IMG/VR virus record: IMGVR_UViG_3300020426_000391
Source: a virus
Taxonomy: Duplodnaviria > Heunggongvirae > Uroviricota > Caudoviricetes
Strand: one strand, 5' to 3'
DNA length: 64,000 nt
Shown: positions 18,427 to 28,663 of the stretch, one piece after another
How positions within the stretch are numbered: position 1 is the stretch's first letter
Layout: each line of letters begins with the position of its first letter
Notes under the pieces: generated by a model
What the model was told of the DNA's origin: nothing
The model's database searches: none
Seen by the model: only the letters and a program-made list of their open reading frames with translations
Translations under genes and position numbers: made by a program

Positions 18427-18890
18427 GCCGGCTCCCTGCGTGCCTCGATGGAGGCCTTCAATGCGCTCCACGTGATCGATGCATCCCGGTCCCAGTCCTC
18501 GAGATGGAAGACGGTGTAGCCCTCGTCGCGCATGATCTGGTACCCCAGGACGCGTCTCTCCTTCATCGAGCCGATGTCGATGAGCCTCGCGGCCAGCATG
18601 GCGCCCTCGGCGATCTCCGTGTCCCACCGCAGCATCACGGTGTGAGGAAAATGGACCTGTTCCACGAAGACTCGCGTCTCGTCGATCTGGTAGCCGTTGT
18701 AGTGGAGGAAGCCGGTCAGCTCATAGCCGTGAGCGCGGTCGTGCAGATGGACCTTGGTCCTGCCTTCGATGGTGAACATCCTCGGGCGCGCCTCGGTGAT
18801 CGCTGTGTCGATCTCTGCGACGGCTGCATCCCGATCGCCGATGTTCTCGATGATGTGCCGAGCGAGCGGCCCGACCGTGGGGTTCAGCAT
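18423..18890 (-). CDS. hypothetical protein
   Basis: Internal start MLNPTVGPLARH. Confidence 0.4.
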   Translation of the reverse strand: MLNPTVGPLARHIIENIGDRDAAVAEIDTAITEARPRMFTIEGRTKVHLHDRAHGYELTGFLHYNGYQIDETRVFVEQVHFPHTVMLRWDTEIAEGAMLAARLIDIGSMKERRVLGYQIMRDEGYTVFHLEDWDRDASITWSALKASIEARREPA

Positions 18891-19210
18891 ATCTCGATCT
18901 TCTGGAAGGGGTGGCGCAGGCATGCGGCCATGAGGCGTGAGAGCATGAGCGTCGAGGTGAAGATCGTGCCCCACTTGTTCTTCGCGTCGAATTCGGCGCG
19001 CATTGCATCCTCGTCCTTCTCGCACAGCATCTCGCTAAGGCGCTCGAGACCCGCTTCGATGTATTCGGCGGCTTCGGCCCCGGTCATGCCGTAGAGGCCG
19101 TTTATGCCGGCTTCGCGTCCGCTGTCTCCAGGGAGGATCTCCTTGAAGAGCGCGTGGGTGTTGTAGGTGTGGTTGAATTCCTCGTCAGCGATCGAGATGT
19201 CATAGGACAT
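18884..19210 (-). CDS. hypothetical protein (108 aa)
   Basis: Track ORF. Confidence 0.4.
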   Translation of the reverse strand: MSYDISIADEEFNHTYNTHALFKEILPGDSGREAGINGLYGMTGAEAAEYIEAGLERLSEMLCEKDEDAMRAEFDAKNKWGTIFTSTLMLSRLMAACLRHPFQKIEIC

Positions 19211-19220
19211 GGCGGTCTCC

Positions 19221-19766
19221 TCAGGCGCGTTGGTCTTCGGTGTGGACGGTGCCGCCGAAGTTCAGGCGGTTGTAGACCTCCTTCAGCGCATCCAAGCTGA
19301 AGTCGCGGTCGATCGTGATGTATCCCAGAGGCGTGTTGCGGAACCGGCGTTGCTGTGGCAGATCAAGCTCGTCCCAGCTATGCTCATTCTCGGTGCCGAC
19401 GAATATGCGCATGCCTTCTTCCATATAGGCACGCAGAGAGTAGAGCCTATGTTTTCCGTCGAGAAGATTATCCGCCTGAATCGGGTATCTCCCCGTTTCA
19501 GGATCCATCTGTCCTTCATCTGATACGACGATGGTGCCGATGGAGATTCCCAGCCAGACACTCTCCACGAGACGCCTCTTCTGGTCGGTCGTCCAGACGT
19601 CGGGTCGCTGGTATGACGGAATGTAGAAGTGCCCGAGTTGCTCCAGCCCCTGAACCGAGCCTTCGAACATCTTTTCGTATTTTGGTTCGCGTTTCCGCAT
19701 GAGATCTGAAATTGTTCTCGAGCTGGTCGTGCCGCGGATGAGCGGCTGGGGAAGAGTGACGGTCAT
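19221..19766 (-). CDS. DUF262 (ParB/Srx-like nuclease or NTPase domain) protein, short stand-alone form
   Basis: YQRPDVW....RRLVESVWLGISIGTIVV and LLDGKHRL correspond to the DUF262 QR and DGQQR signature blocks. Confidence 0.6.
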   Translation of the reverse strand: MTVTLPQPLIRGTTSSRTISDLMRKREPKYEKMFEGSVQGLEQLGHFYIPSYQRPDVWTTDQKRRLVESVWLGISIGTIVVSDEGQMDPETGRYPIQADNLLDGKHRLYSLRAYMEEGMRIFVGTENEHSWDELDLPQQRRFRNTPLGYITIDRDFSLDALKEVYNRLNFGGTVHTEDQRA

Positions 19767-20083
19767 CGTGTCGTGTCTCCTCGCAGGGTGGCGTAGGCCT
19801 GCTCATCATAGGGCTTGCACGAATACGTGCTCTGGTCCCAGTAATGCGTTCCGCTCCGCAGGAGTTCGGCTGCCTGCCTACCCTTTGCGAGCGTCGGCCA
19901 GGAGCCGATCGGGTGCCATGGACCATGGATGTCGGGCTCGAACCACCAGGGTCCGTTTTCCGCTATCCGTCTCATCCTCATGTCGAAGGCCCAGTGGCCG
20001 TCCTTCTTGCGCTCTGCGCGGATGAATTCTCCGCCGTGGAGGCCTGGCATGGTTCGCCGCATGGCGAGCGAATCGCTTCCCAT
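19763..20083 (-). CDS. hypothetical protein
   Basis: Track ORF overlapping the DUF262 gene by 4 nt. Confidence 0.4.
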   Translation of the reverse strand: MGSDSLAMRRTMPGLHGGEFIRAERKKDGHWAFDMRMRRIAENGPWWFEPDIHGPWHPIGSWPTLAKGRQAAELLRSGTHYWDQSTYSCKPYDEQAYATLRGDTTR

Positions 20084-20142
20084 GTTGGTCTCCTCGTTGG
20101 CATGGGTGGACGAGGGGAAGGTGGTCCTCCCCCTCGTCTGGT

Positions 20143-22587
20143 TCAGAAGCGCAGGTTCCAGCTGCTGACCGCGCGCACGTCACGGCCTTCGACGTCGCTC
20201 GCCGCACCGAAGCGGAAGGCGGAGCGTTCGCCGGTCTTCTCGTAGCCGAAGGTCAGCTGCGGAGCCATCCGGCCGCGCATGTCGACGGTGCGATCCTCGA
20301 AGGTGAGGCCGCGGATGCCGAGATCGTAGCCGTTGCCGACGGTAAAGGTCGCATTGCCCGAGAGCGCGACCAGCCGCTGAGCGACCCCGAAGCTCACGAG
20401 ACCGCCGAGGGCCTCGCGGCTGGCGGTGAGACCGAACCGTCCGCTGGTGATCGTGTCCGCATCGGTGAGCAGCATGTCGTCGGCCAGCTTCAGGCGCGTC
20501 GCGCCCAGGCTCGCATAGCCGTCGAACTGCCAGCGACCGAGGTCGAAGCCGCTCGCGGCCTCGACGAACACCGTGCTCGAGCCGTCACCGAAGCGCATCG
20601 CGCCGGCGCCGACCGGAGTGCCGAAAACCGTGCCGGTCTCGTCGACCAGTCCGAGCTTCAGCGAGGAGGGACCCTGCTGCCACTGGACCGTCAGGCCGTT
20701 GGTGGCGGTGTTCTCCTGGCGTCCGACGTATGCCGAGACCGCGAGGCGTCCCTCGCCCAGCTTGTGGCTCACGCCCATGCTGGTCTGCGCGAGCGGCGAG
20801 TAGGCGAACATCGCGTCCGAGGTTGGCGCGAGGCCCATGACATCGTCCATGACGTTGTCACCGGTGTTGTAACCGGCGGTCACGGTCGTGTCCTCGTTCA
20901 TGCGGAACGCGAAGGCGGCGTTCGACAGGTGGTTCCGGAGCACCGGATCACCGTTCGAGTCGCGGAACTGCGTCTCGAAGGCCGTGTAGCCGATCGAGGC
21001 CGAGGCCTTGGGACTGATGAAGCCGGTGGACCCGGCGTTCGTCTGCGCCTGGACCCGGCGCTGCAGCCAGTTGGCGTTCGCCTGGCCCGGACGGATCACG
21101 AGACCCGAGATGTCGCCATCGTAGTCGCGACCGTAGGCATCGAGGACGGTGACGTCGCTGTAGACCGATTCGATCGAGGACGGACCGTATCCGCCACCGA
21201 AGGCACCGCCCACGACCATCACCGAGTTGTCGATCGAACTCGAGGTCTTGCCGTTCGACAGCATCGGATCGACGGGCGACAGAGCGGCCTTGGCATCGAT
21301 CAGGCCGTGTCCGTAGATCTCGTCGACGCCCGCCTCGCCGATGTCGCGAGCGGTGTTGATGATCACGTTGCCGGCGTCCACGCCGGAGAGCTGCGGCCAC
21401 TTGGACAGGATCATCGCAGCGAGCGCAGTGACCTGCGGTGCGGCCGAACTGGTGCCGCCGAAGCCGACGATTTCGCCGTTCACGTCATGCGTGACGTTGC
21501 TTCCGACCGCAGCGACGCAGCGATCCATCGCCAGGCCGCAGTGGTTGGAGTAGCTCGCGATCTTGTATTCGGTCTGCGACGGCGCGAGAGCCACGACGAA
21601 CAGCAGCGCCTCGGCGTTTGCGTCGGTCATGTCCAGGTAGTTGCCGGGATTGTCCTGCACGTTGTTGCCCGCGCTATTGATCACGAGGCCACCGAATGCG
21701 GCATAGTCAGCCAGCACGTTCTGCATGATGGCCGAGGTCGTGGTCGGATCGCTGCGGCTCAGCGACATGTTCAGCAGCTTGATGTCGTTCGCGATGGCGT
21801 ATTCGATCGCCTCGTTGCTGCGGAAGCCGTACATGCGATTGCCATTCACCATCGCGTCGACCCGCAGCGAGACGAGCGTGACGTCCGGAGCGAGGCCCTG
21901 GACGCCCTGGCCGTCGTTGCGTGCACCGATGATCGCAGCCACCGGAGTGCCGTGGATCGAGGTCCCGTCCCCGCTGTTGGCTCCGCCTTCGCGGGGCTGC
22001 AGCTTGCCGTCGACGACGACGCCGCCGAAGTCGCGACTGAGCTCGCGATCGACCTGGCCTTCGAGCTCCGGAATGGCGTTGATGCCGTCGTCGAGGATGC
22101 CGACGAGGACGCCTTCACCGGTCCAGCCGTTGTCGAGCGCGTAGAGAGCGTTGATGTATTCGGCCGCGGTGTAGTTGCGACGATATTCGGTGTCGTCCTG
22201 GACCGAGCGCTGCGGCTGCTGGTCGCGGGGAGTGATCACGTAGCCCGCGGGCGGGGGCACCGGTGCGCAGTTCGGCTCGCACGACGGAGGCGTCGGAGTG
22301 GGAGTGGGAGTGGGTGCCGGAGTCGGAGTGGGCGTCGGCGTCGGCGTGGGTGCCGGCGTGGGTGCCGGCGTGGGTGCCGGCGTGGGCGTGGGTGCCGGCG
22401 TGGGCGTGGGTGCCGGCGTGGGCGAAGGTGCCGGAGTCGGAGCGGGTGCCGGAGCGGGCGACGGGGTGCCCACCGGAGGAGGGGGCGGAGCGGGAGTCGA
22501 CTGGACACCGCCGCCGCCGCCGCAGGCTGCGAGACTGGCGAGTGCGACCGTGCTGGCGGTCACGCGCAGGATCTGTGAAATCTTCAT
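20143..22587 (-). CDS. S8 subtilase autotransporter lipoprotein (814 aa)
   Basis: Lipobox LAACGG; long Pro/Thr/Ala linker. S8 triad motifs ILDDGI, HGTPVA, GTSSAAP. C-terminal beta-barrel-like region ending in an aromatic residue (WNLRF). Confidence 0.8.
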   Translation of the reverse strand: MKISQILRVTASTVALASLAACGGGGGVQSTPAPPPPPVGTPSPAPAPAPTPAPSPTPAPTPTPAPTPTPAPTPAPTPAPTPTPTPTPTPAPTPTPTPTPPSCEPNCAPVPPPAGYVITPRDQQPQRSVQDDTEYRRNYTAAEYINALYALDNGWTGEGVLVGILDDGINAIPELEGQVDRELSRDFGGVVVDGKLQPREGGANSGDGTSIHGTPVAAIIGARNDGQGVQGLAPDVTLVSLRVDAMVNGNRMYGFRSNEAIEYAIANDIKLLNMSLSRSDPTTTSAIMQNVLADYAAFGGLVINSAGNNVQDNPGNYLDMTDANAEALLFVVALAPSQTEYKIASYSNHCGLAMDRCVAAVGSNVTHDVNGEIVGFGGTSSAAPQVTALAAMILSKWPQLSGVDAGNVIINTARDIGEAGVDEIYGHGLIDAKAALSPVDPMLSNGKTSSSIDNSVMVVGGAFGGGYGPSSIESVYSDVTVLDAYGRDYDGDISGLVIRPGQANANWLQRRVQAQTNAGSTGFISPKASASIGYTAFETQFRDSNGDPVLRNHLSNAAFAFRMNEDTTVTAGYNTGDNVMDDVMGLAPTSDAMFAYSPLAQTSMGVSHKLGEGRLAVSAYVGRQENTATNGLTVQWQQGPSSLKLGLVDETGTVFGTPVGAGAMRFGDGSSTVFVEAASGFDLGRWQFDGYASLGATRLKLADDMLLTDADTITSGRFGLTASREALGGLVSFGVAQRLVALSGNATFTVGNGYDLGIRGLTFEDRTVDMRGRMAPQLTFGYEKTGERSAFRFGAASDVEGRDVRAVSSWNLRF
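22290..22475. repeat. tandem GC-rich short repeats (ggcgtgggtgcc units) encoding the PT/PA linker of the autotransporter
   Basis: Visible head-to-tail repetition of 6-12 nt units. Confidence 0.7.
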
Positions 22588-22599
22588 ATCGTTTTTCCT

Positions 22600-22733
22600 C
22601 TTGATCTGGAACTATGCAATTCCAGTTTACCTATCGTTAATTTCGGCTTTCCCTTTTGGACTTTTCCGGATGGCGTCCGTAGTTCTCGGATGTTTCCGGG
22701 CGCTCTCGGACTTTTCCGGGCGCATGGAGGAGG
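22600..22733 (-). promoter_or_regulatory. 5' leader of the autotransporter gene carrying three direct repeats CGGAAA(A/C)(G/A)TCC(G/A)A
   Basis: Plus-strand ggacttttccgg twice and ggatgtttccggg once, between tRNA-Met and the autotransporter start. Confidence 0.3.
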
Positions 22734-22809
22734 TGGTAGCCCCGGCAGGATTCGAACCTGCGACCTACCCGTTATGAGCGGGCAGCTCTTACCGCTGAGC
22801 TACGGGGCC
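22734..22809 (-). tRNA. tRNA-Met (anticodon CAU; elongator-type G1-C72), CCA encoded
   Basis: RC GGCCCCGUAGCUCAGCGGUAAGAGCUGCCCGCUCAUAACGGGUAGGUCGCAGGUUCGAAUCCUGCCGGGGCUACCA. A lysidine-modified Ile2 identity cannot be excluded. Confidence 0.8.
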
Positions 22810-22816
22810 GTATTGT

Positions 22817-23023
22817 TCAGGAGTGCTGAGCGAGAAGCAGGTCGGCTGCCTTCCCGCACGCGCGTCGTATTCGTTCTTCCCCGATTTCCGGGTGCATCGT
22901 CATCGTGCGATCGAGGATCGTCTGCGCTCTCGTTCCAGGAACGGCCGCGCGCGCCATCCGCACCACATCGGCGACGACCTCGATGTCATCGATCGTTCTC
23001 GTGGTGGCGGACATGGTCGTCAT
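22817..23023 (-). CDS. hypothetical small protein
   Basis: Track ORF. Confidence 0.35.
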   Translation of the reverse strand: MTTMSATTRTIDDIEVVADVVRMARAAVPGTRAQTILDRTMTMHPEIGEERIRRACGKAADLLLAQHS

Positions 23024-23075
23024 CCCATCCTCATATTGCCTCTTTCCCTTGTCGGGAAGAGGCTTTTTCTCCGTG

Positions 23076-23390
23076 TCATGCGGCGAAGGGCAGGTCCCGG
23101 CCGGTTTCGTTGTCGCGGAACAGGTCCCATTGGAAGCCGCCGTGGATGCGGATGTGCTTCTCGGCCTTCAGGTCCAGATTGTGCCGGAGATGCCGCGTGA
23201 TGTTCTCCTCGCGGATCTCCTCTTTTCTGCGTTCGGCTTCGGCACGCGCCAGCGCATACGAGGAGTGCTCGTCGCTCTCTTCCGTAGTCGCGCGCTGCAT
23301 GGCATCGTGCGCAAGGGTGCGGGCCCGTGTCATGGACTCGCCGCTGGTCACGCAATCCGTTGCTGTGTCCTTCCAGGGCAGATCTGCCAT
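23076..23390 (-). CDS. hypothetical protein
   Basis: Track ORF. Confidence 0.4.
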   Translation of the reverse strand: MADLPWKDTATDCVTSGESMTRARTLAHDAMQRATTEESDEHSSYALARAEAERRKEEIREENITRHLRHNLDLKAEKHIRIHGGFQWDLFRDNETGRDLPFAA

Positions 23391-23420
23391 TTTTCCGTTC
23401 TCCTTTTCGAAAATCGTCTC

Positions 23421-24032
23421 TCAGGCGTCTTTCGAAGATTCTATGAGATCCAGGATGATCCTGTAGATTATGATGTTGTGAGGATCGCTAGCCATGCTCG
23501 TCATAACGTCTTGCACGTCTTCCGGGGTGAACCGGTATTCCTCCGGGACGTAGCTCAGTCGCGGTATTCTCGTTTCCCGGACACGCGGCCCCGTCGTCAT
23601 GGATACGCGCTTGTTCGCGACACGCATGGCGACTTTCGCCGTTCCGCTATGCCCGGGTGAGATCTCGATCGTGGCTCTCGTGGCGATTCCATCTCCCGTC
23701 ATCGTCCGCAGTGCCGTTGAGGGGATGATGCGTGGCTCACGCATGTTCGCTGTCGCGACTCCGATCAGCAGGTCTCCGGCCAGCCCCCTGGCCAACAGTG
23801 CTGCCGATTGCTTTTCCGTGGCGCTGTAGAACCAGATCAGCATGAGGGCGATGGTTGCGAGCACTGTCTGCATGGTATCGAAGAGCGTTGCGGGGATTAA
23901 GGCGGAGGAGAGTATCTGCATCGCGAGGCATATCGTCAGGACGACGCTGACCGCCTGCTGGATCGTCGCGCTCCTGTTCCTGCGCCGGAGCGATGTCCAG
24001 CGCAGGTCGATCATCTCGCTGACGGGGTTCAT
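23421..24032 (-). CDS. hypothetical membrane protein (2 predicted TM helices)
   Basis: Hydrophobic stretches VSVVLTICLAMQILSSALIPATLF and LATIALMLIWFY. Confidence 0.45.
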   Translation of the reverse strand: MNPVSEMIDLRWTSLRRRNRSATIQQAVSVVLTICLAMQILSSALIPATLFDTMQTVLATIALMLIWFYSATEKQSAALLARGLAGDLLIGVATANMREPRIIPSTALRTMTGDGIATRATIEISPGHSGTAKVAMRVANKRVSMTTGPRVRETRIPRLSYVPEEYRFTPEDVQDVMTSMASDPHNIIIYRIILDLIESSKDA

Positions 24033-24646
24033 GTCTCTTCGCTGGTCACAGCCAGCGATCTCACGAGCCGGGCCTGGGTGGTCAGTCCCAGTTTGATGTT
24101 CTGGTAGGCGGCGTATTGTGCAGGGAAGTTGCGGCGCGCGACCTTCATCATCGGGATGATGCGCTCATCTGTGAAGTCCACGTAGGACAGCATCTTCTTC
24201 TGGTTGAACACACCGCCCATGGTGTGCTGGTTCATCAGCCTGTCGACGGGTTTGCCGATCGAGGCTATCGGGCATGCGGCCATCGCCTGATAGAGCATGT
24301 CCTCGTCGCGCTTGTCGCCGTTCTCGTCGATCTTGGTCATGCGCCATGTCGCGTCCGCGATCTGTTCGCCGAACCGTCCCGCGACCTCATGGCGCGATAC
24401 GGGGGTGTCCTCGATCGTATCGTGCAGGAAGGCCACCGCGATCGTGGCCTCCGGGAAGATGAGTCCGGGCAGGGTCGAGATGTGGATTGCGATCTCCGTC
24501 TGGTGCGCGAATTCGGGAGTGACATTGTCCTTTCGCGTGCCCTGGTGATGCTGCCGTGCGAATTCCATGGCTTCCAGTGCGACATTGTATCCACGCCCCT
24601 GCAGCCAGCCGCGCAGGAATACCGTCTGTTTCTGAAACTCGTTCAT
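24029..24646 (-). CDS. HD-domain (p)ppGpp hydrolase-like protein (small alarmone hydrolase, SpoT/Mesh1-type)
   Basis: H...HD motif AFLHDTIEDT with an upstream His (EFAHQTEIAIH). Size about 205 aa. Start MNEFQKQ. Confidence 0.65.
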   Translation of the reverse strand: MNEFQKQTVFLRGWLQGRGYNVALEAMEFARQHHQGTRKDNVTPEFAHQTEIAIHISTLPGLIFPEATIAVAFLHDTIEDTPVSRHEVAGRFGEQIADATWRMTKIDENGDKRDEDMLYQAMAACPIASIGKPVDRLMNQHTMGGVFNQKKMLSYVDFTDERIIPMMKVARRNFPAQYAAYQNIKLGLTTQARLVRSLAVTSEET

Positions 24647-24740
24647 GGCAGGTTTTCCCTTCTCTGATATATCTCTTGCACCCCCTGACACCGAGAGGGT
24701 GACGGGTCGTCCGATTCCCCCTGGGCGGCCCGTCTTCGCG

Positions 24741-25205
24741 TCAGCCTGGCTGTCCGATGCCTACCCTGTAGTAGGGTATGCCTTCCCATTCCTCGGACAG
24801 CGGCTCCTGGAGCTTGCGCGCCATTGCGACCGCCTCGGAGCGATCGCTAGAATGGCAGGTGACGCGCTTCAGGTTCGCGAACCGCGCCGGTTCTTCGAGC
24901 ATGAGGTGGAGGACGCGTTCGACCGCATCATGCCCGGTCGTCGTTCCCGATCCGAGATACCAGTCGAGGGAGAGGCGCTCGAGGCGGCCCGGCTCGAGGG
25001 TCCGCAGCAGTTCCATGAGCGCGGTGACGCTCTTGACCAGCGTCCATCCCTCGGGAGGTGCGCGTTCGTCGTCGAGATAGATCTTCACGCCGCCTTCGGT
25101 CGGAGGGGTTTCGCGCCGGAGGGCTTCCTGTTCAGCTTTGCGGGCGAGGAACTTCGCCGACGGCTTGCGCGGTTTCTTGGGAGGCTTGATCTTGAAGCCG
25201 CTCAT
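24741..25205 (-). CDS. hypothetical protein with a basic N-terminal tail
   Basis: Track ORF; KIYLDDERAPPEGW block is of unknown family. Confidence 0.4.
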   Translation of the reverse strand: MSGFKIKPPKKPRKPSAKFLARKAEQEALRRETPPTEGGVKIYLDDERAPPEGWTLVKSVTALMELLRTLEPGRLERLSLDWYLGSGTTTGHDAVERVLHLMLEEPARFANLKRVTCHSSDRSEAVAMARKLQEPLSEEWEGIPYYRVGIGQPG

Positions 25206-25494
25206 GCTGTCTTTTCCTCTTTCCGTGAATCAGGCATATTGCTCTTCATCAGATCAGGGCATCCTTGCTGACCAGTTGTTTTGCTTATGGTCTAACGGAA
25301 CGGCCTGTGACCATTGCCTGTCTCATCGCTGTAAGGCCAGTTCTTGAGGCAGCCGCCTGTATATCTGGATCCCATCCGGGAGCGATCGAGAATGAGAGCG
25401 TGAAGTGGCATGTGACACAGCTTGGGACGTGAGCCGCTATCATCGTATCCCATGATCATTTATGTGTCCTTCCTCTGGTCGACGGCAGACGCGT

Positions 25495-26919
25495 TCATGC
25501 TGCCTTCTTTTTCTCTTCCGTGACATTCGGAAGACCCGCCCTGTAGGCGGAGATGTGGGCCTTCACGGACCGGAGGATCGAGGCGTGGTGCGGCCGGTCG
25601 ATGCTCTGTCCGATCACTTCTGAGGCGATTGTCGCGCTGACCGCGTTCATGTCGGTCTTCTCGATGCCGAGGAAGCGCTTCAGCTGCTCTTCCGTCGGCC
25701 AGAGGAAGACACCATCCTCCGGTTCGATGACGATCGAATCCTTGGCCATGCGCGCCTGTGACTTGACCGGGGTGGGAATGGAGGTGGACTTGGGCGTGAT
25801 GCGCCGCAGCCGGCCGCATTCCTTGCCGTCGTTGAGCGACTTCGAGTGCGAGACGTCGCGGCACTGGTCGAGATCGTTCTTTACCACCGCCCAGGCATCC
25901 TTCTCGCGGTCCGTGAAGGGCTCTTCGAAGGCGAAGGGCGCATCGAGCTGCGTGAAGACCACGTAGGCCCGGCGCCGTGACGTCCATCCTCCGTAGAGCC
26001 GGGCGTCGCCCACGTGCTCATGGCACGTGTAGCCCCAGCGGCGCAGACGCAAGGAGGCGACCTTGTATGCGGCCGAATCGAGCATGCCGGCGACGTTCTC
26101 GAAGAGCACGACGGGCACGGCCAGGCGCTCGATCACGTTGAGGAGGTCGATGATCATGTCCTCGCTCGATGTCGCCTCCTCGTTGTGGCGCTCCTTCAGC
26201 TTGCCGGCCTTTAGCGGGGAATGGTCGTCGCATTGGGGCGAGGCGTGGAAGAGCATCACCGGGTTGCGTTCCATGGCCCGCTCGATCTCGTCGAGGACCG
26301 CGCTGGTGACGTCCTCGTTGAAGAGGGCATGCAGTGGGCCCGAGTTGGCGAGCGCGCACAGGGCGCCCGTCTCGGTGAGATCGGCCTTGTCGCGCGATTC
26401 CTGCGGTCGCCATTCGAGGACCGCGGAGACCGAGAACCCTTCTTCGCGCAGCGACATGAGATCGACGCCTGAGGTCAGTGCGGCGAAGGTCGACGCCGGA
26501 TCCGCTGTCTGGGCGTTGGCGATCGCTCGTTCGCTCATGGTCCGTAGCGGCGTGACGACCACGCGGCCGCGCTCGAAGCGCACATGGACCCGCGTGCAGT
26601 CGGAAGGGAAGCTCTCGTCGAGCAGCTTCTGCGAGGAGACCTCGAGCTGGGTCTCGAGCGGATTGTTCTTCCGACGCGGATAGCTGCGGGCATAGACCTT
26701 CTTGGTCGGTGCCTGCTCGAACAGGTCGTAGACGCGTTCGATCACCATGCCCTTCCCCTTGCCGAGACTGGTCTCGACGACATCGTCGCCCTTGTTGAAG
26801 TCGAACAGAGTCAGCAGGTTCGAGGAGATGGTGAGGATGCGGCGGCTGCCCTTGTGGCGGAAGGCGAGCTGTTTGGTCGCGATCTCGGGCACGTTCACCT
26901 TGACGAGTGTATCGGTCAC
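25495..26919 (-). CDS. DNA (cytosine-5)-methyltransferase
   Basis: PC motif FHASPQCDD (motif IV) and ENV motif VVLFENVAGM (motif VI). Extra 150-aa N-terminal domain. Confidence 0.75.
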   Translation of the reverse strand: MTDTLVKVNVPEIATKQLAFRHKGSRRILTISSNLLTLFDFNKGDDVVETSLGKGKGMVIERVYDLFEQAPTKKVYARSYPRRKNNPLETQLEVSSQKLLDESFPSDCTRVHVRFERGRVVVTPLRTMSERAIANAQTADPASTFAALTSGVDLMSLREEGFSVSAVLEWRPQESRDKADLTETGALCALANSGPLHALFNEDVTSAVLDEIERAMERNPVMLFHASPQCDDHSPLKAGKLKERHNEEATSSEDMIIDLLNVIERLAVPVVLFENVAGMLDSAAYKVASLRLRRWGYTCHEHVGDARLYGGWTSRRRAYVVFTQLDAPFAFEEPFTDREKDAWAVVKNDLDQCRDVSHSKSLNDGKECGRLRRITPKSTSIPTPVKSQARMAKDSIVIEPEDGVFLWPTEEQLKRFLGIEKTDMNAVSATIASEVIGQSIDRPHHASILRSVKAHISAYRAGLPNVTEEKKKAA

Positions 26920-26944
26920 GGGATTCTCCTTCGAAGGATGTGTG

Positions 26945-27466
26945 TCAGTTGCGGGGCGCTAGGCGCAGGCCGTTGCCCTGCCGGATGATGGGCCGGCCGT
27001 TCACGGCGAGGCAGCCATCGACGAGACCTGCGTGGATGGGGTGGTCATCGAAGGCGGTGTGGGTGTTCCTCGCGGACCCCCATTCGAGCACGAGCTCGTT
27101 CCGGTCCGTCCGGTTGATCTCGACCTCGGTCAGATCGCGATCATGGATCCGATCGTCGAGATGGCGTTTCATCACCCACAGTCCTTCGCCATGTGACATG
27201 ATGCGCGCCGGCCACCAGAGGAGACGGTCCTGTTCGGCGATGTGCACGCCCCGCAGGAGCTCGTTCTCGCCTGCCATGTTCGAGAGGGTCAGCCGGGCGA
27301 TCTCCCAGTGCCGTTCGGCCTGGACGATATACTGGACGTTCCGTTCTCGGTCACGTCTCTGGCCGCGCAGGCGTTCTTCGTATGGGATGTCCCACGCTAT
27401 CAAGCTCGGCCTCCTGCGCTGCGATCCGGGTTCGTATGCTGTCGGTCTCGACTCGTCTCCCGGCAT
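26945..27466 (-). CDS. hypothetical protein
   Basis: Track ORF. Confidence 0.4.
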   Translation of the reverse strand: MPGDESRPTAYEPGSQRRRPSLIAWDIPYEERLRGQRRDRERNVQYIVQAERHWEIARLTLSNMAGENELLRGVHIAEQDRLLWWPARIMSHGEGLWVMKRHLDDRIHDRDLTEVEINRTDRNELVLEWGSARNTHTAFDDHPIHAGLVDGCLAVNGRPIIRQGNGLRLAPRN

Positions 27467-27648
27467 GCCGGTCAGTCTGCGAGTTCTTCTTCGGCGGGCG
27501 TCAGGCCGACCTCGAGATAGGCATCGCCTTCGCTGCCGTCGTCGTTGACCTCGACGAGACTCAGGCCGCCTTCGTCGATCGCCACGTCCGCATCATCGGG
27601 CAGGGTGGAGAGCCAGCGTTCGATTTCCTTCTTCTTCATCATGGTCGT

Positions 27649-27891
27649 TCAATCCTTAGTGTAGATCTCATAGGCCGCGAATTCGTCATCGAATCCGAAT
27701 ACGGTGATGCCGACGCCCTCGAGTGTATCGCCATCGGCGGTATAGCGGGACTTCGCTTCATCGAGCGGAAGATCCATGTAGCATCGCATCACCCCCGTGT
27801 AGCCGATGGCGATCATCAGGTGCTTGTGGTCTCCCTTGATCTCGTCGCACATGACCTGTGTGACGTTTTCGGCGTCTTCGAGGAGCTTCAT
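27649..27891 (-). CDS. hypothetical small protein (about 80 aa)
   Basis: Internal start MKLLEDAENV. Confidence 0.35.
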   Translation of the reverse strand: MKLLEDAENVTQVMCDEIKGDHKHLMIAIGYTGVMRCYMDLPLDEAKSRYTADGDTLEGVGITVFGFDDEFAAYEIYTKD

Positions 27892-28601
27892 TTTCCGTTC
27901 TCCGTGTCTCGGGCGATCATTGCGTTGAGACCCTCCGCCTTGGTCAGCGGGAAGCCTGCGATGCGCAGGTGTGTCTTCATGTCGGTCAGCGATCCGCCCT
28001 CGGGGTAGTCGAATACCTGGAAGGGCGCGACACCGACTTCCACCATGGGCATGTCGCGCGGCTCGTTCCGCAGGAACTGGGCTGTGTCGCGCTTTACCAG
28101 CTCCACGAGCTTCTCCTCGTCGAGGGGGTAGGGTTCGATTTCCTTGCCGCCGGATTCGACGATACGCAGGCGTCCTGCTTCCATGAGCGAGCGCCCTTCT
28201 TCGGACGGATGGACCTCGAAGCCGTCCATCGTCCCGTGGTTGTGGAAGTCCATCATGGACTTCATCCTCGTGACCTCGTCGCCTTTCCATCCCGTCCTGT
28301 TCAGGTCGGTGAAGCTGGCTAGGATCTTGCGTTCGGCGAACCCCGTGTAGCCCTGCATCGAATGGATGGCGCGACCGATGAAGTCGATCACGACGATGCC
28401 GTAGCCGCTCGCCCGGAAGGGCTGGGGGCCGGCGTAGCTGTCATGACGCAGGGTCTCGAGCAGTGTTTCCCGTACCACCCTGTCGTCACCCGACAGGGTG
28501 GTCTCGTTCATGACCATGCGCGGGATGAAGTTGGTCCATCCGTCCACACAGATGGCGTCGCCGTCATTGAAGCGCGTTGCGATGTTGATGCTTCCGCCCA
28601 T
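27888..28601 (-). CDS. hypothetical protein (237 aa)
   Basis: Track ORF. Confidence 0.45.
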   Translation of the reverse strand: MGGSINIATRFNDGDAICVDGWTNFIPRMVMNETTLSGDDRVVRETLLETLRHDSYAGPQPFRASGYGIVVIDFIGRAIHSMQGYTGFAERKILASFTDLNRTGWKGDEVTRMKSMMDFHNHGTMDGFEVHPSEEGRSLMEAGRLRIVESGGKEIEPYPLDEEKLVELVKRDTAQFLRNEPRDMPMVEVGVAPFQVFDYPEGGSLTDMKTHLRIAGFPLTKAEGLNAMIARDTENGK

Positions 28602-28663
28602 GGTCTTCCTCGTGTCGTTTCAGGGACGAGGGCGCCGCGGTCATCCGCGACGCCCTCGTCGGT

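Noticed and set aside
20764-22578. 604-aa plus-strand ORF
   Set aside because: Exactly antisense to the well-supported S8 autotransporter gene. It has Arg/Gly-rich low-complexity content and runs through the PT-repeat DNA.
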